A stretch of 64,000 nucleotides of DNA, taken from assembly GCA_963803435.1 (NCBI GenBank), contig CAWDML010000005.1:288001-352000 (forward strand), given 5' to 3'. This DNA is from an uncultured delta proteobacterium (GTDB taxonomy: Bacteria; Myxococcota; Kuafuiibacteriia; Kuafuiibacteriales; Kuafuiibacteriaceae). Within the stretch, counting starts at the first letter, position 1, and each line of letters begins with the position of its first letter. Under the pieces are notes generated by a model. It saw only the letters and a list, made by a program, of their open reading frames with translations, was not told the DNA's origin and ran no database searches. The translations under genes were made by a program, and so were the position numbers. This document shows, one piece after another, positions 24,512 through 36,575 of this stretch.

Positions 24512-27500
24512 GTGAACAGCAGAAGGATTCTCGCGTTCCCCCTCCTCGCGTCGCTCCTCAGCGCCTGTCCGAGCGGACATGCTCGGGACGATACGGACGA
24601 TACGCCGCCGCCGATCTTTCCGACGATCCTTCGTTTCGAGGTCGACCGGCGGGTCATCGTCGCGGGTGAGAGCGCAACGATCGACTACTCGGTGGAGAAC
24701 GCGTCGAGCGTCTCCATCGATCCCGGGCTCGTCACGAACAGCGCCGCGCTCTCGGGGATGATCTCGACCGGCCCGCTCACCGAGACCACCACGTTCACGC
24801 TGCGCGCGCACTCGGACGCGGGCGACACCGATCGCAGCCTGGTGATCACGGTGCAGCCCGAGGGCGCCGTCCGCATCGTGGCCTTCACCGCGGACCCAGC
24901 CATCGTCGAGCCGGGCGGGCCCGTCCAGCTGTCGTGGACCACGGAGGGCGCAACCCACGTTGCGATCTCCGAGCTCGGTGGCGGCGTGGTGGTCGCGGAC
25001 GCAGAGCTCTCCGGCACCTTCACGGTCATGCCCCCCGCCAGCACCACCTTTCTCCTCTCCGCGCAGCGCAGCGACGAGAAGCCCGAGACCGCCCAGGTGA
25101 TGGTCCTGGTCGGCACGATGCCGGCGATCGACACCTTCACCGCTTCCCCGGCGCAGATCACCACCGATCCCTCCACGCTCTCCTGGAGCGTGCGCAACGC
25201 GGACCATGTGAGCCTGCGCGGGAGCGACGGCGTGCTGATGCTGGACGACCTGCCGCTGACCGGCTCGCAGGTGGTCAGCCCCACGCAGACGACGCAGTAC
25301 ATGCTGCTGGCGAGCAACGCCATCTCGAACGCCGTCGCGAACGCGACCGTCGAGGTGCTCCCGCCTGGCAGCCCGCGCATTCTCACCTTCGCGATCACGC
25401 CCACCACGCTGGCCACCGCGGGTGAGGTCACGGTCGACTGGGAGACCGCGGACGCCGACACGGTCGATCTCACCGCCGACGGGACCTCGGTCACGACCTT
25501 CCCGCGCACCCCCTCGGGCTCGACGATGATCGCCGTCGGTCAGACCACGCGCTTCGAGCTGGTGGCGGAGAACGGCGAAGGCATGACCCAGGACTCGATC
25601 ATGGTGACCGTGGGCAGCCCCGATACGATGCCCCCGGTGATCGAGCACGTGGGCGTCACCGACGGCCAGCTGGAAGGCTCCGCCGTCGACGTGGTTGCCA
25701 CCATCACCGATGCGGGCTCGGGCGTCGCTGGCGCCACGCTCTTCTACCGGACGCAGGGCTCGGCCACGTTCTCCAGCCTGCCGATGCAGGACGAGGGCAA
25801 CGATCGCTTTCACGCCACCATCCCCGCCGCCAGCGTGCGGCCGCCGGCCGTCGAGTATTACATCCTGGCGACCGACCAGGCGGCGGTCGCGAACGCCGCC
25901 ACCGATCCTCAGGGCGCGCCCGCGAACCTGCACCACTTCGCGGTCTCGTCGAACGATCAGGCGGGCCCAGCGATCACGCACACGCCGGTGACGGCCCAGC
26001 AGACGGAGGGGCAGCCGGTGGTGATCGGCGCGAGCGTCACCGATGCGACCGGCGTGGCGGGCGTGACCTTGTACTACCGTCGTCAGGGCGCGCCGATGTT
26101 CACCAGCCTCGCCATGATGAACACCGGCGGCGCCGCCTATCAGGCGACCATCCCGGCCGCTACGCCGCCCGCGATGGAGTACTACCTCCAGGCGAGCGAC
26201 ACGATCGTCCCCGCCAACGTGGGGCGGAGCCCGCCCAACGCGCCGACGCAGGTGCACACGTTCTCGGTGGAGGCGCTCGACGTGACGCCGCCGGCGATGA
26301 CGCACACGCCGATCGCGAACGGACAGCAGGCCGGCAGCCCGGTGACCGTGACGGTCGATGTCACCGACGCGACCGGCGTGGGCGCGGTGACGCTCTACTA
26401 CAAGCGATCCACGACCGGCACGTACACCTCGGTCGCGATGACGGGTGCCGGCCAGACCAAGGTCGCGCAGATCCCCGCGGCGACCGTCCAGGAGCCGCGC
26501 GTCGACTATTATCTCGAGGCCGCCGACACGGCCACGCCACAGCCGAACATCGCGCGCGTCCCGGTGACCGCGCCCGGCACGCCCTACAGCTTCACCGTGA
26601 CGCCGGTGGACTCGGCGGCACCGACGATTCTCACACACGCCGATCGCGAACGGCCGGCCCACCGGACAGGCGGTGACCGTAGCGGCCGACGTGGTCGACG
26701 CGTCGGGCGTCGCCCTGGTGAACCTGCTGTATCGCCGACGCGGCTCCGGTACGTACGCCAGCGTCGCGATGACCGGTGGGCCCACGTACGTGGGGACGAT
26801 CCCGGCAGGCTCAGTCCAGGATCCGGGCGTCGAGTACTACATCCAAGCCGTCGACGCGGCGCCCGCCGCCAACGGCGCCTTCCTCCCCGCGAACGCCCCG
26901 ACCACCGTCTTCACGTTCGACACCGGCACCGGCGAGGTCGAGCCCAACGGGACCTCGGCGCAGGCGACGCCGTTCCTGAGCGGCACGCGACTCACCAACA
27001 TCGGTCTGGGCGCCGTGACCCCTGCCACCGATCGCGACTATTGGATCATCGACGTTCCGGCGGGCGCCAATCGCTACACGGTCAACCTCGAGGTGACGAT
27101 CGGCGGCGTCGGCGTCTGCAGTGGCGGTGACGCCCGCATGCGCCTGTACGCCAGCGACGGAACCACCGTGCTGGTCGACGATCACGACGACGGCGTGGGC
27201 CTGTGTCCCCAGATCGCGCCCGCCAACGACACCGGCGCGCGGGCGCTGGCGGCCGGCCGCTATTACGTCGAGGTCGAGGAGGACGGGCAGAACGCGACGA
27301 TCTCCAGCTACGAGCTCCGCGGCTCGATGGCGGTGTCCGTGTGCGGTAACGGGATCTTGGAGACGCCGATCGGCGAGCAGTGCGATGACGGCGGCACTGC
27401 CAACGGCGACGGCTGCTCCTCGACGTGTCACGTGGAGCCGGACGCCACCTTCACGGCGCCCGGTGGTACGCAGGTGGGTGCGATCTCGCCGGCCGGCGAC

Positions 27501-29201
27501 ACCGACACGTTCGCGGTGGTAGTGGGGGCCGGCCAGTTCCTCACCGCCGAGATCAGCGACGGTGCAGGCGGCTGCCCAGGCGATACCGTGCTCGAGCTCT
27601 ACGGGCCCGACGGCGTGACCTTGATCGGCTCGGACGACGACGACGGGTTCGACACCTGCTCGCGCATCGATCCCACCCGCGACAGCTTCGCGGCGAACCT
27701 GACGGCAGGCACCTACTATCTGGTGGCGCGGGCCTACAGCGCCTCCGCCACCCTGGCCAGCTACACGCTGTCGGTGATGATCACTAGCAACATCTGCGGC
27801 AACCACCAGATCGAGTCCGGCGAGCAGTGCGACGACGGAAACGCCGCCAGCAACGACGGTTGCTCGTCCACGTGTCAATGGGAGACGCGCGGCACCGCGA
27901 GCGGCACCGGCGCGTCGTTCACCGACTCGATCAGCCCGATCGGCAACATCGACTGGTATGCGGTCGTCGTGCCTGCGGGCTACTCGATCCGTGCCGAGAC
28001 CTTCTCTCCCTCGGACGGCATGTGCCCGAGCGGGACGGACACCGTGATCCGGCTCTGGCAGTCGAACCGAACCACCGAGATCGTCTCCGACGACGACGAC
28101 GGTGTCGGCGCCTGCTCGCTCCTCACGCCCACGACCGACGCCGCGGTGCGCGGGCTGGCAGCCGGCACGTACTACGTCAGCGTCGAGGACTACGGGAACA
28201 ACAGCACAATCGGTACCTACGTCCTCAACGTCGCGATCCAGGCGGCCATGTGCGGAGACGGGTTCCTCGGCGGGACCGAGGCCTGCGACGATGGCAACAC
28301 GATTGCCGGAGACGGCTGCTCGGCCGTCTGTCAGTTCGAGGGCACCGGCGAGCTGGAGCCGAACAACACCACGGCGGCCGCCACTGCGTTCATCAACTCC
28401 GGAGGGACCGGCGGCACGATCTACGGCGCGCTCCCGACGGCCGGCGACGTCGACCTCTACCGCATCGTGGTGGCATCGACATCGAACCTGGTGGCGGAGG
28501 TGCACGGCACCGACGGGGGCTGCCCCGTCGACACCACCCTCCGGCTGTTGAGCGCCTCGGGGACGCAGCTCGCGACCGACACCGCGGACGGGCCGGGCGC
28601 GTGCGGGCGGCTCTCGCCCGGCGCCGACTCGGCGGCGCGCAACCTGGCCCCCGGCACGTACTATCTCGAGGTCACCGGAAGCGCGTCGACCAACACGTAC
28701 CTGCTCGACGCGCGCCTCCTCGCGCCGGGCTGCGGCGACCTCTACCTGGTCGCCGGTGAGCAGTGCGACGATGGCAATACCGCCGCCGGCGACGGCTGCT
28801 CGGCGACCTGCCAGCTCGAGCTGCTCGAGATGGAGCCGAACGGCACCGCCACCACGGCGCAGGCCCTCGGCAGCGGGACGACTCGGCTGGTGGGCGGATC
28901 GATCAGCCCTGCGGGCGATCAGGACTGGTACTCGGTGGTGGTGCCGACCAATGGATCGATGTCGGTGGCCACGCACCAGGGGGCGGCTGATCAGTGCGCC
29001 AGCCCGCTCGACACGGTCGTCACGATCTACCGGCCGAACGGCTCGCAGCTGGTGGAGGACGACCTCGACGGCCCGGGCCTGTGCTCGATCATCGACCGGA
29101 ACGAGGCCAATCACCTGCCCGGCGGGACTTATCGGATCCGCGTGCGTGCGTTCAGCGCCAGCGCCACCATGAGCTACGTCCTCTCCATCGACGTGCGCTA
29201 G
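24512..29201 (+). CDS. Giant surface lipoprotein with Ig-like repeats, PPC-like domains and Myxococcus-type Cys-rich repeats (frameshift at ~26628)
   Basis: Lipobox LSAC; FTAxP...TLSW repeats; four H-x-P...TLYYR...YY modules; four CG...EQCDDGN...GDGCS..C repeats; EPN...D.D.Y motifs. Confidence 0.82.
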
Positions 29202-29254
29202 CACACGCCGCTTCCTCCCGGCCCTCCGCTACAACCAGAGCGGGGAGGCATCGA

Positions 29255-29776
29255 ATGTTGAAGGCCCGATCTTGGATGTTTGCGCTGCCGGTGGTCCTGG
29301 CGGCCTGTGGGGGACCCGAGGAGGACCTCGCGCTCGAGGAGGACGCGCTGTCGGCGGGGGGAACGTTGGCGTTGCCGTGCACGCCTTCGGACGATGTGGC
29401 GGACGATTGGACCTGCGCGACCTCGTTCTGGGGAGCGAAGGGGACGTTCTTCATCGCGCCCGGTGATACAGATTGGTTCTATCTCCGGTCAGGTTCGGTT
29501 TCGGAGCGCTATCACGTCTGGGCGGGGAACGGTACCGCGACCACCAAGTGCTGGGTCTACTCGAAGCAAGCGTCCGGTCTGGTCTTCGAGCAGTTCACTT
29601 CGTTCTGCAACTGGGAGCAAGTTCTCCAGCCCAACACCTATTACTACATGAAGGTGCAGACGGCCTCGACGCTGAGCTTCGGCACCTACCAGCTCGGCCT
29701 CGTCATCTATCACGAAGCGCCGGACAACGGACCCTTGCCGGACTCGTGCCCGGAGTGCGGCGTGCTCAGTCCGTGA
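29255..29776 (+). CDS. Hypothetical lipoprotein with PPC-like module
   Basis: Lipobox LAAC; IAPGDTDWF motif like upstream gene; GGGGAGG SD upstream. Confidence 0.65.
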   Translation: MLKARSWMFALPVVLAACGGPEEDLALEEDALSAGGTLALPCTPSDDVADDWTCATSFWGAKGTFFIAPGDTDWFYLRSGSVSERYHVWAGNGTATTKCWVYSKQASGLVFEQFTSFCNWEQVLQPNTYYYMKVQTASTLSFGTYQLGLVIYHEAPDNGPLPDSCPECGVLSP

Positions 29777-32700
29777 TCGACCCGTCGAGACGGTACTCGA
29801 TCGTGATCTCCGCGTAGTCGAGGCGCGCCGCCGTGGCTCCGGCCACCGCGGCGTGGACCTCCAGGTTCCCGTCGATCCAGTCATGGTCTCGCGCCGCGAC
29901 GCGGAGCTCTCCGCCCGTGCTGGCGCGGCGCCATTCGCCGGTCGCCGGGCGCCACAGGAACAGGTCACCCTCCGGGGCTCGCGCGAGGATCTCGACCCTC
30001 TGGACCTCGGCGCGCGCGGCGTTCGCCGCGGACAGGCGCGCCACCAGGACGACCGCCGGGCGATCCGCCGGCCTGCGCTCGAGGAGCCAGCTGTCCTGGC
30101 GCGGCGCTCCGCCCCCGCAGCCGACCTCCGGGCAACCTCCGAACAGGAGCGTGGCCTGGTCGGGTGGATCGTAGACCATCGCGTGTCCTTCCCGCCCGCG
30201 CGGGGTGAGCGGTCCGTTCGCCTCGGCGGCCCAGGTGTCGGTCGCGGGATCCCAGCTCGCCAGCTGCGCCAGCACCAGCGCGCTGACGGACCGGCCGCCG
30301 TAGACGAGCAGCCGATCGAGCGCCGGATCGAAGACCATCGCGTGCCCACGGCGCGCCGGTGCGCCGAGCGCAGCGGCATGCCACGCGGCGCCGTCCCATC
30401 TCCAGAGGTCGTCGAGCACGTCGTCGCTCGCGTCGAGGCCGCCGAACAAGAGCACCGCTCGCCGCAGCGGATCCGAGGCGAGGGCGTGGCGCGAGCGCCC
30501 GATCGGGCCCGGCGCTGCCACCGGCGACCAGACGTCTCCGAGCTGGTAGAGGTCGGCGCCGAAGAAGAGCACGCCGGGGAGCGAAGGATCGTACGCGAGC
30601 GCCGACCCTTCGACCGCAGGCGGTGGGTCTGCCAGCGGGGCCCAGTCGACGCCGTCGAAGCGGAACGATCGCGCCGCGCCGGTGGCCGGATCGTCGCCGA
30701 CCAGCACGGTCCGACCACGGGTCGGATCGGTGGCCATGCTCGGCCAGGCGAGCGGCGGTGGCGAGGTCGACGTGACGACCGCGCGCCATCGCGTGCCCTC
30801 GAAGCGCCACAGATCGTTCCGCCAGTCCGAGAGCCCCGAGAGCGACGCAGCGCCGCCGAAGAGGAGCGGGGCACCGGTCGTTGGATCGGTCGCCAGCGCC
30901 GCGCGGGCGCGCGCGGGCGGATCCGCGTCGCGCACCAGCGACTGGGCGACACCGTCTCCGTCGATCCCATGGAGATCTCCGAAGCGGACGCCCGTTGCCT
31001 GGCCGCCGAACAGATAGACCCGGCCGCGCCCCGGATCGAGGAACAGCGCGTGTCGCGTGCGGGGACCCGGTAGCGCGCCCGACAGGTCGAAGGGAGTCCA
31101 GTCGGAGCCGTCCCAGGTGAAAGCGTCGCCGCGGATGATCTCGGTCCCGCCGTGCGCGCCGGAGTCGCCCCCGAGCATCAGGATCCGTCCGAGCGCAGGG
31201 TGGAAGACGAGGGCGGGATTCCTTCGCGCCGAAGGCTGGGTGGCGGGCGTGGTCGGCACCCAGGTCGAGCCCGTCCACTCCCACGTGTCGTTCAGCTCCC
31301 CCGTGAGGCTGTCACCGCCGAACAGGACGATGCGGTTTCGCGTCGGATCGAACGCAGCGCCGGCGTTGAAGCGAGGCGGCGGGACCGCGGCGGGGGAGCG
31401 CTGCCGCCAGGTCCCGTCCCAGCTCCAGGTCTCGGCGAGAGGTCCGGCCGCGCCGATGCCGCCGAACAGGATGACCTCCTCGCGCTGCGGATCGTAGACC
31501 ATGACGTGCCCGCTGCGGGGCGAGGGTCCGTCGCGCTGGACGTGCTCGCGCCAGCTCTGCCCGTCGAAGAGCCAGGTGTCACCGAGCACGCCCGATCCCC
31601 CGAGGCCGCCGAAGAGGAGGATCGCGCTGCGGGCCAGATCCATCACCATGCGATGACTCGTGCGCGGCGGCGGATCGCCGGACGCCGGCGGGCGGAGGAT
31701 CCAGTTGTAGCGATCCCACTCCCAGTGATCGCCGAGCGGCTGCCCGCCGTCGTCGACGCCGCCGAAGAGCAGCGCGCGATCGCGGATCGGATCCCAGACC
31801 ACGGTCTGATTCTCTCTCGCGCTCGGACCGCTCGAGCTCAGGGTGACGTCCCGCCAGGTGAAGCCGGCGGGCGCTGCCAGCAACTCGCTGTCGGGGAGAT
31901 GGAGCGAAGCACGTTGGGAAGGCGTCGCCTCCTGGAAGGCGCCGTCGCGCGGGTCGCGGGCCAAGGTCTCGAAGCGTGGCTCGAGGAACACGCGGTTCGG
32001 GTTGTCCGGCTCCGGGCCGAAGGTGGCGGTGGCGGCGACGTTGCGGATCAGAGCCGGCTCGCTGGCGTTGCCGGCGGCGTCGAGCGCGCGGGCGAAGACG
32101 CGGTCGCGGTCGGCGGTCGACAGGTGGATCGGCGGAATCGCGCCGTCTTCGGCCGCAGGCTCGCTACGGCCAATCTCCTCGGCGCCGTCGAGGATCGCGA
32201 GGATGGCGCCGGGCTCGGCCGCGGCCGCCGAGCCGGTGACGGTGAACGACGGGAGGCCGGCGGTGGCGTCGTCGCCGAACGGCACGCGGTGATAGACGAG
32301 GCAGCCGTCGCAGTCCACGTTCGGGACCGGCGGCGCGACGGTGTCGGCGACGAACGTGCCCGCGAAGATCCCAAAGGCGCGGTTGCCCGCCAGATCCTTC
32401 GCCTCCACCACCACCAGATAGGTGCGCCCATCGAGGTCGGGCCGCGCGGGGAACTCGAGCGTGCAGCGCCAGCTCAACCCGAAGCCCGCGCACCGATCGA
32501 ACGGGATCGCGTCGCCGGTGCCCACGGCGGTGAGGGACGGCGGCGCGGACAGCGGCTCCGAGAGCGCGAAGCTCACCTCCACGGTCGTGCCCGCGCGGAC
32601 GCGGCCGACAGTCGAGAGCGGGTTGGCGTCGTCCGGGATGAGGCGGAGGCCGGCCGAGCCGGGGAGGAGCTGCGGCGGCATCACGTCGAGCGTGACCGCC

Positions 32701-33359
32701 GCGGTGGCCGTGCGCGACGCGTAGCCCTGGGCGTCGAGGAAGCGCACGTAGACGCCGCGGAAGCAGGCGTCGCTGGCGAAGCAGCGGGGCTCGATCCCGA
32801 GCTCGAGGTCCCAATTGATCGGAGCGTCGAGGTCGGTCGTGACGGTGGCGCGTTCGGGGAACTGGACGAAGTTGGAGACTTGCGCGCGGACGCCGCGGTC
32901 GGAGGTGAGCCTGAGCTCGACGGTCGACGTGCGCACGAATCCCGGCGTGCGCGTCACGATCGTCACGCGGTTCGATTCGGGCGGACGGTCGAACAGCGAG
33001 ACGGGGACGTCGAGCTCGTCTCCCGGGTGGATCGAGAAGGGCTCGGAGAGGCCGTACGCGATCACCTGGCTGTCGAGCGACGGCCCCTCGCGCAGCTCGG
33101 CGATCGCCACCCGACGATCGCCGTGTGGCACCGTCAGGGGCCCGAGGCCGAGCGTGGTCGCCGAGGGCGCCAGCTCGACCGGCCCCTCGCTCCGCAGGAT
33201 CGGACCGGCGGTGCGGAGATCGCTCCGCTCCTCGATCCGTACCGAGACGAAGAGCGTCTCGTTGGGCAGGCCTGCCGGGAGCAGGAAGCGCACGTGCGCC
33301 ACGCCCGCCGGATCACAGGCGGTGAGCGCGGCGAACGCGGCCAGGACGGGGAGGCGCAC
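29766..33359 (-). CDS. Lipoprotein with Ig-like domains and Kelch-type beta-propeller repeats
   Basis: Lipobox LTAC; many YDP...LLFGG...DTW.WDG..W repeats; DLAGN and DAAGN Ig motifs. Confidence 0.85.
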   Translation of the reverse strand: MRLPVLAAFAALTACDPAGVAHVRFLLPAGLPNETLFVSVRIEERSDLRTAGPILRSEGPVELAPSATTLGLGPLTVPHGDRRVAIAELREGPSLDSQVIAYGLSEPFSIHPGDELDVPVSLFDRPPESNRVTIVTRTPGFVRTSTVELRLTSDRGVRAQVSNFVQFPERATVTTDLDAPINWDLELGIEPRCFASDACFRGVYVRFLDAQGYASRTATAAVTLDVMPPQLLPGSAGLRLIPDDANPLSTVGRVRAGTTVEVSFALSEPLSAPPSLTAVGTGDAIPFDRCAGFGLSWRCTLEFPARPDLDGRTYLVVVEAKDLAGNRAFGIFAGTFVADTVAPPVPNVDCDGCLVYHRVPFGDDATAGLPSFTVTGSAAAAEPGAILAILDGAEEIGRSEPAAEDGAIPPIHLSTADRDRVFARALDAAGNASEPALIRNVAATATFGPEPDNPNRVFLEPRFETLARDPRDGAFQEATPSQRASLHLPDSELLAAPAGFTWRDVTLSSSGPSARENQTVVWDPIRDRALLFGGVDDGGQPLGDHWEWDRYNWILRPPASGDPPPRTSHRMVMDLARSAILLFGGLGGSGVLGDTWLFDGQSWREHVQRDGPSPRSGHVMVYDPQREEVILFGGIGAAGPLAETWSWDGTWRQRSPAAVPPPRFNAGAAFDPTRNRIVLFGGDSLTGELNDTWEWTGSTWVPTTPATQPSARRNPALVFHPALGRILMLGGDSGAHGGTEIIRGDAFTWDGSDWTPFDLSGALPGPRTRHALFLDPGRGRVYLFGGQATGVRFGDLHGIDGDGVAQSLVRDADPPARARAALATDPTTGAPLLFGGAASLSGLSDWRNDLWRFEGTRWRAVVTSTSPPPLAWPSMATDPTRGRTVLVGDDPATGAARSFRFDGVDWAPLADPPPAVEGSALAYDPSLPGVLFFGADLYQLGDVWSPVAAPGPIGRSRHALASDPLRRAVLLFGGLDASDDVLDDLWRWDGAAWHAAALGAPARRGHAMVFDPALDRLLVYGGRSVSALVLAQLASWDPATDTWAAEANGPLTPRGREGHAMVYDPPDQATLLFGGCPEVGCGGGAPRQDSWLLERRPADRPAVVLVARLSAANAARAEVQRVEILARAPEGDLFLWRPATGEWRRASTGGELRVAARDHDWIDGNLEVHAAVAGATAARLDYAEITIEYRLDGSITD

Positions 33360-33403
33360 GCGTCGAGTCTAGGGCGTCGGACCGCCCGGGGGCGTACAAT
33401 CCG

Positions 33404-34118
33404 TCACTGCTGGTTGAGGGTCCAGTTGTAGTCGAGGTGCTCGACCTTCGGATTGTCGCCCAGGCTCTTGATGAGGTTCGCCGGGAGGTGTTTGCGTACG
33501 AAGGCCACCACGCCCTGGGGCCCCCCGAAGTCCGCCTGGTACCACTTCGAAGATCATCGACAGCTTCATCGCGCCGTCGGTCACCTGAGCCCCGGTGGGT
33601 GAGCTCAGGTACCGCTCGGTCGCCGCGTCCATACGCGCCGATACGTCGCTGCCGGCGAACGGAAGCGGCTCCAGGATCGGGCAGCCGACCGCTCCGCAGA
33701 CCAGGATGAAGTGCGTCCGCGGATCCTGAGCGAACGGGTTGAGGATCTTCTTCTCAAGCGCGTCGAGCGTGACCTGCTGCCCGGCGACCGGGTGCGTCTC
33801 CTCGTTGAAGAACCCCTTCACGTCGAGCACGGAGCGCGGGCGCCCGTGCGCGATCACCGACTGGATCACGAGCGCGTTGTAGGCGTCGGCGAGGAACCCG
33901 ATCTTCGCGTTGCGCTCCTCCGGCATCTTGGCCTTCGCGACCGCGTCCAGATAGGCGTCGAGCTTCTTTCGGTCCTGACTCTCGATCGCGCGGTAGTCGA
34001 CCCGCCCGTCCTTCACGCGCGCGACCAGGATCTGGCGATAGAGCTCGGCGGCGCTCTTGTCGACCTGCGCCGTGGACGCCAGCGCGACCGCGGTGACCAG
34101 TCCGATCGTGGACATCAT
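33404..34118 (-). CDS. DUF547-like exported protein (frameshift at ~33547)
   Basis: VDY, AYNALVI, DPRTHFILVCGAVGCP; shifted frame gives WYQADFG...LDYNWTLNQQ*. Confidence 0.85.
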
Positions 34119-34127
34119 CCGCCCCTT

Positions 34128-34982
34128 CTATTCGAACGAAGCCCACTCGGGAAGCTCGAACGGGAACATCTTGGTCAGCGGATGATCACCGAGCGAGCGG
34201 CTGGCGATGAAGCTCTGGTAGAGCGTTTGGGCGTGGCCGATCAGTGCGCGATCCGTGTCCTCGTCGTGGTCGCGGAGCAGCTCGATCATGCGGACGAATG
34301 CGTCGGTCGCGTAAGCGTACGGGATCTGGTAGGCGGCCTGCGGCAGATCGTAGAAGAGGGCGTCCACGGTCTCGGGCACCAGACCGCGGGGTACCTGGAC
34401 GTCGCGCTCGAGGCGGCCGAGCAGGTTGAAGAACGTCTTGGCCCCGCGCTCGAGCGCGAACGCATGGCGGCGGCGGAGCTGCGTGCTCTTCCCGATCACC
34501 GCGCTCAGGATGGTGAACCCGACCACGATCTCGAACGGCGCGCGGCTCTGCGTGATCAAGGATGCTAACCCCTCCGCCCGCTCCGAGGTCGGCTTCAGCT
34601 GTTCGAGGAGCTCGTTGATCTTGCGGAGGAACGTCTTCATGTCGCTCGGATCGTGGAGGTCCGCGAAGACGTCCGGCGCGAACCCGCCGATCGGCCGCAT
34701 CGGATCCACCTCGGACGCGTTCCCCGGCTTCGCCTTCGCGCGGTCGAGCGCCCGCCGGTTCGCCTTGACCTTGTCGGCGCGCTCCTTCTCCACCTTGGCG
34801 GCCCAGTCGGCGGAGGGGCCTTCGTCGGGGCCCAGCGTTCCGGGGGGTGTCACCCCGCTCACGCCCGAGGCGCTCCAGCGGGTCTTTCGAGGCGCGTCCG
34901 AGAGCCGGCGGCCAGGGGGCACCACACCCTTCACGCGGGTGCCCTTCTGCCAGGGGCTATCGCCGCCCTCCTTCTGGCTCAT
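34128..34982 (-). CDS. Hypothetical protein
   Basis: ATG overlaps dacB stop; disordered N-terminus, helical C-terminus; host-like codon usage. Confidence 0.6.
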   Translation of the reverse strand: MSQKEGGDSPWQKGTRVKGVVPPGRRLSDAPRKTRWSASGVSGVTPPGTLGPDEGPSADWAAKVEKERADKVKANRRALDRAKAKPGNASEVDPMRPIGGFAPDVFADLHDPSDMKTFLRKINELLEQLKPTSERAEGLASLITQSRAPFEIVVGFTILSAVIGKSTQLRRRHAFALERGAKTFFNLLGRLERDVQVPRGLVPETVDALFYDLPQAAYQIPYAYATDAFVRMIELLRDHDEDTDRALIGHAQTLYQSFIASRSLGDHPLTKMFPFELPEWASFE

Positions 34983-36472
34983 TGACGCGCCGTTTCGCCG
35001 CCGTCCTTCTTGCGCGCCACCACCTCGGTGCTCCGGAACCGCGCCAGCGCGATGCCGATGCGATCCTGGATCCGCCACATCGTTCGCGCGCGGCCCTGGT
35101 AGTCGTTCATCATCACGCTGAACGCCAGCACCTGATCGTTCTGGGTGACCACATAGCCGGAGAGCGCGCTGACGCCGGTCAGCGATCCGGTCTTGGCCCG
35201 GAGTCGCTGGACTGCAGGTGAGTTCTCGAACCGGCTGGTGATCGTGCCGCTGTTGCCGGCGACCGCAAGTGAGGAGACGAACTCGGGCCGCACCTCGAAG
35301 CGCTGATACATGTTCTGCAGGACCCAGGTGATCGTCGCCGGTGTCACCCGGTTCACGTCGTTGAGCCCGGAGCCGTTGCCCAGGACGAAGGTTCCGTCCT
35401 GGATGCCCAGCTCGAGGAGGAAGTCGCGGATCGCGCGGTTGCCTTTGTCCCAGGAGCCGGGCGCATCGTAGAGCTCTGCGCCGAGCGTCTTGAGGATCTG
35501 CTCGGCCATGAAGTTGTTCGAGTACTTGTTGAGCGTCGAGATGATCTCCGCGAGCGGTACCGACCACTGAGCCGCCACGTGGACAGTGCCGCGCATCGGC
35601 ATCGGCCCGATCTTCGCCTTGCCTCGAACGTCCACGCCGCGGAGGTTCAGCAGGTAGACGATGGTCTCGGCCGCATAACGCGCCGGATCGTTGACCGGCT
35701 CCCGGACCACCTTGCCGTCCTGGTCCGACAGGCTGATCGAGCCCCGGACGCTGACGCGGACGCCTCCGTCCGGCAGATCGCTGGTGCCGAACCAGAGACG
35801 CGTGCGTGAGCCCGGCCCGCGGGTGCTGGTGGTCTGCACGATCTCGATGGAGGGGATGGGGGGCCAGACCTCGATCTTGGCGGGGTCGTTGAGCTTGTCC
35901 CCCGGGAGGACGCGCACCGTGAAGGTGTTGAAGTTCACCGAAAGCGCGCCGATCGGCGCCGCATAGGCGTGGTCTCCATGCTCCTGATCCCAGCCCGGGC
36001 CCTCGAGGATCGAGTCGAAGAAGCTGGGGTCGACGATGACGTTGCCGGTGATCTTCGTGATCCCGTGCATCGCGATCTCGTTGACGAAGCCGAACAGGTT
36101 CTCGGTGGTGAGGAGGGGGTCGCCCATCCCCTTGATGTACAGGTTGCCCTCGAGGACGCCGCGCTTGAGCTCCGGGTCGCGGCGGCAGAGGGTCCGGAAG
36201 CGGTAGCTCGGCCCGAGGTAGTGGAGGGCCGTGGCCGTCGTCAGGATCTTCATGTTCGAAGCCGGGTTGAAGAGCTTCAATCCGTTCTTGTCGAAGAGGA
36301 CGCGGCCGTCGCTCAGGTTGCGGACGTGAACCCCGGCGAAGGCACCCCCGAGATCGGGGGAGCGCAAGATATCTTGCAACTCCGCCACCAGCCGGGCCTC
36401 GGCCGGGTCGCTGTCTGCCCACGCGCGCGGCGCCCAACCCAGGAGCGCAACCACCAGAACCGCCGTCTTCAT
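34979..36472 (-). CDS. dacB: D-alanyl-D-alanine carboxypeptidase/endopeptidase (PBP4, peptidase S13)
   Basis: PASNMK (SxxK), YSNN (SxN), AKTGSL (KTG), GMGDP. Confidence 0.95.
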   Translation of the reverse strand: MKTAVLVVALLGWAPRAWADSDPAEARLVAELQDILRSPDLGGAFAGVHVRNLSDGRVLFDKNGLKLFNPASNMKILTTATALHYLGPSYRFRTLCRRDPELKRGVLEGNLYIKGMGDPLLTTENLFGFVNEIAMHGITKITGNVIVDPSFFDSILEGPGWDQEHGDHAYAAPIGALSVNFNTFTVRVLPGDKLNDPAKIEVWPPIPSIEIVQTTSTRGPGSRTRLWFGTSDLPDGGVRVSVRGSISLSDQDGKVVREPVNDPARYAAETIVYLLNLRGVDVRGKAKIGPMPMRGTVHVAAQWSVPLAEIISTLNKYSNNFMAEQILKTLGAELYDAPGSWDKGNRAIRDFLLELGIQDGTFVLGNGSGLNDVNRVTPATITWVLQNMYQRFEVRPEFVSSLAVAGNSGTITSRFENSPAVQRLRAKTGSLTGVSALSGYVVTQNDQVLAFSVMMNDYQGRARTMWRIQDRIGIALARFRSTEVVARKKDGGETARQ

Positions 36473-36575
36473 CGAAAGGTCCGCGTAGGATAACACTGCC
36501 CGGCGACCTGCGCGAAGCGGGCCCCTATCCATCCGACCCGGGCTTTCGTACCGTGGGTCAGAAGAATCGAGCGAT

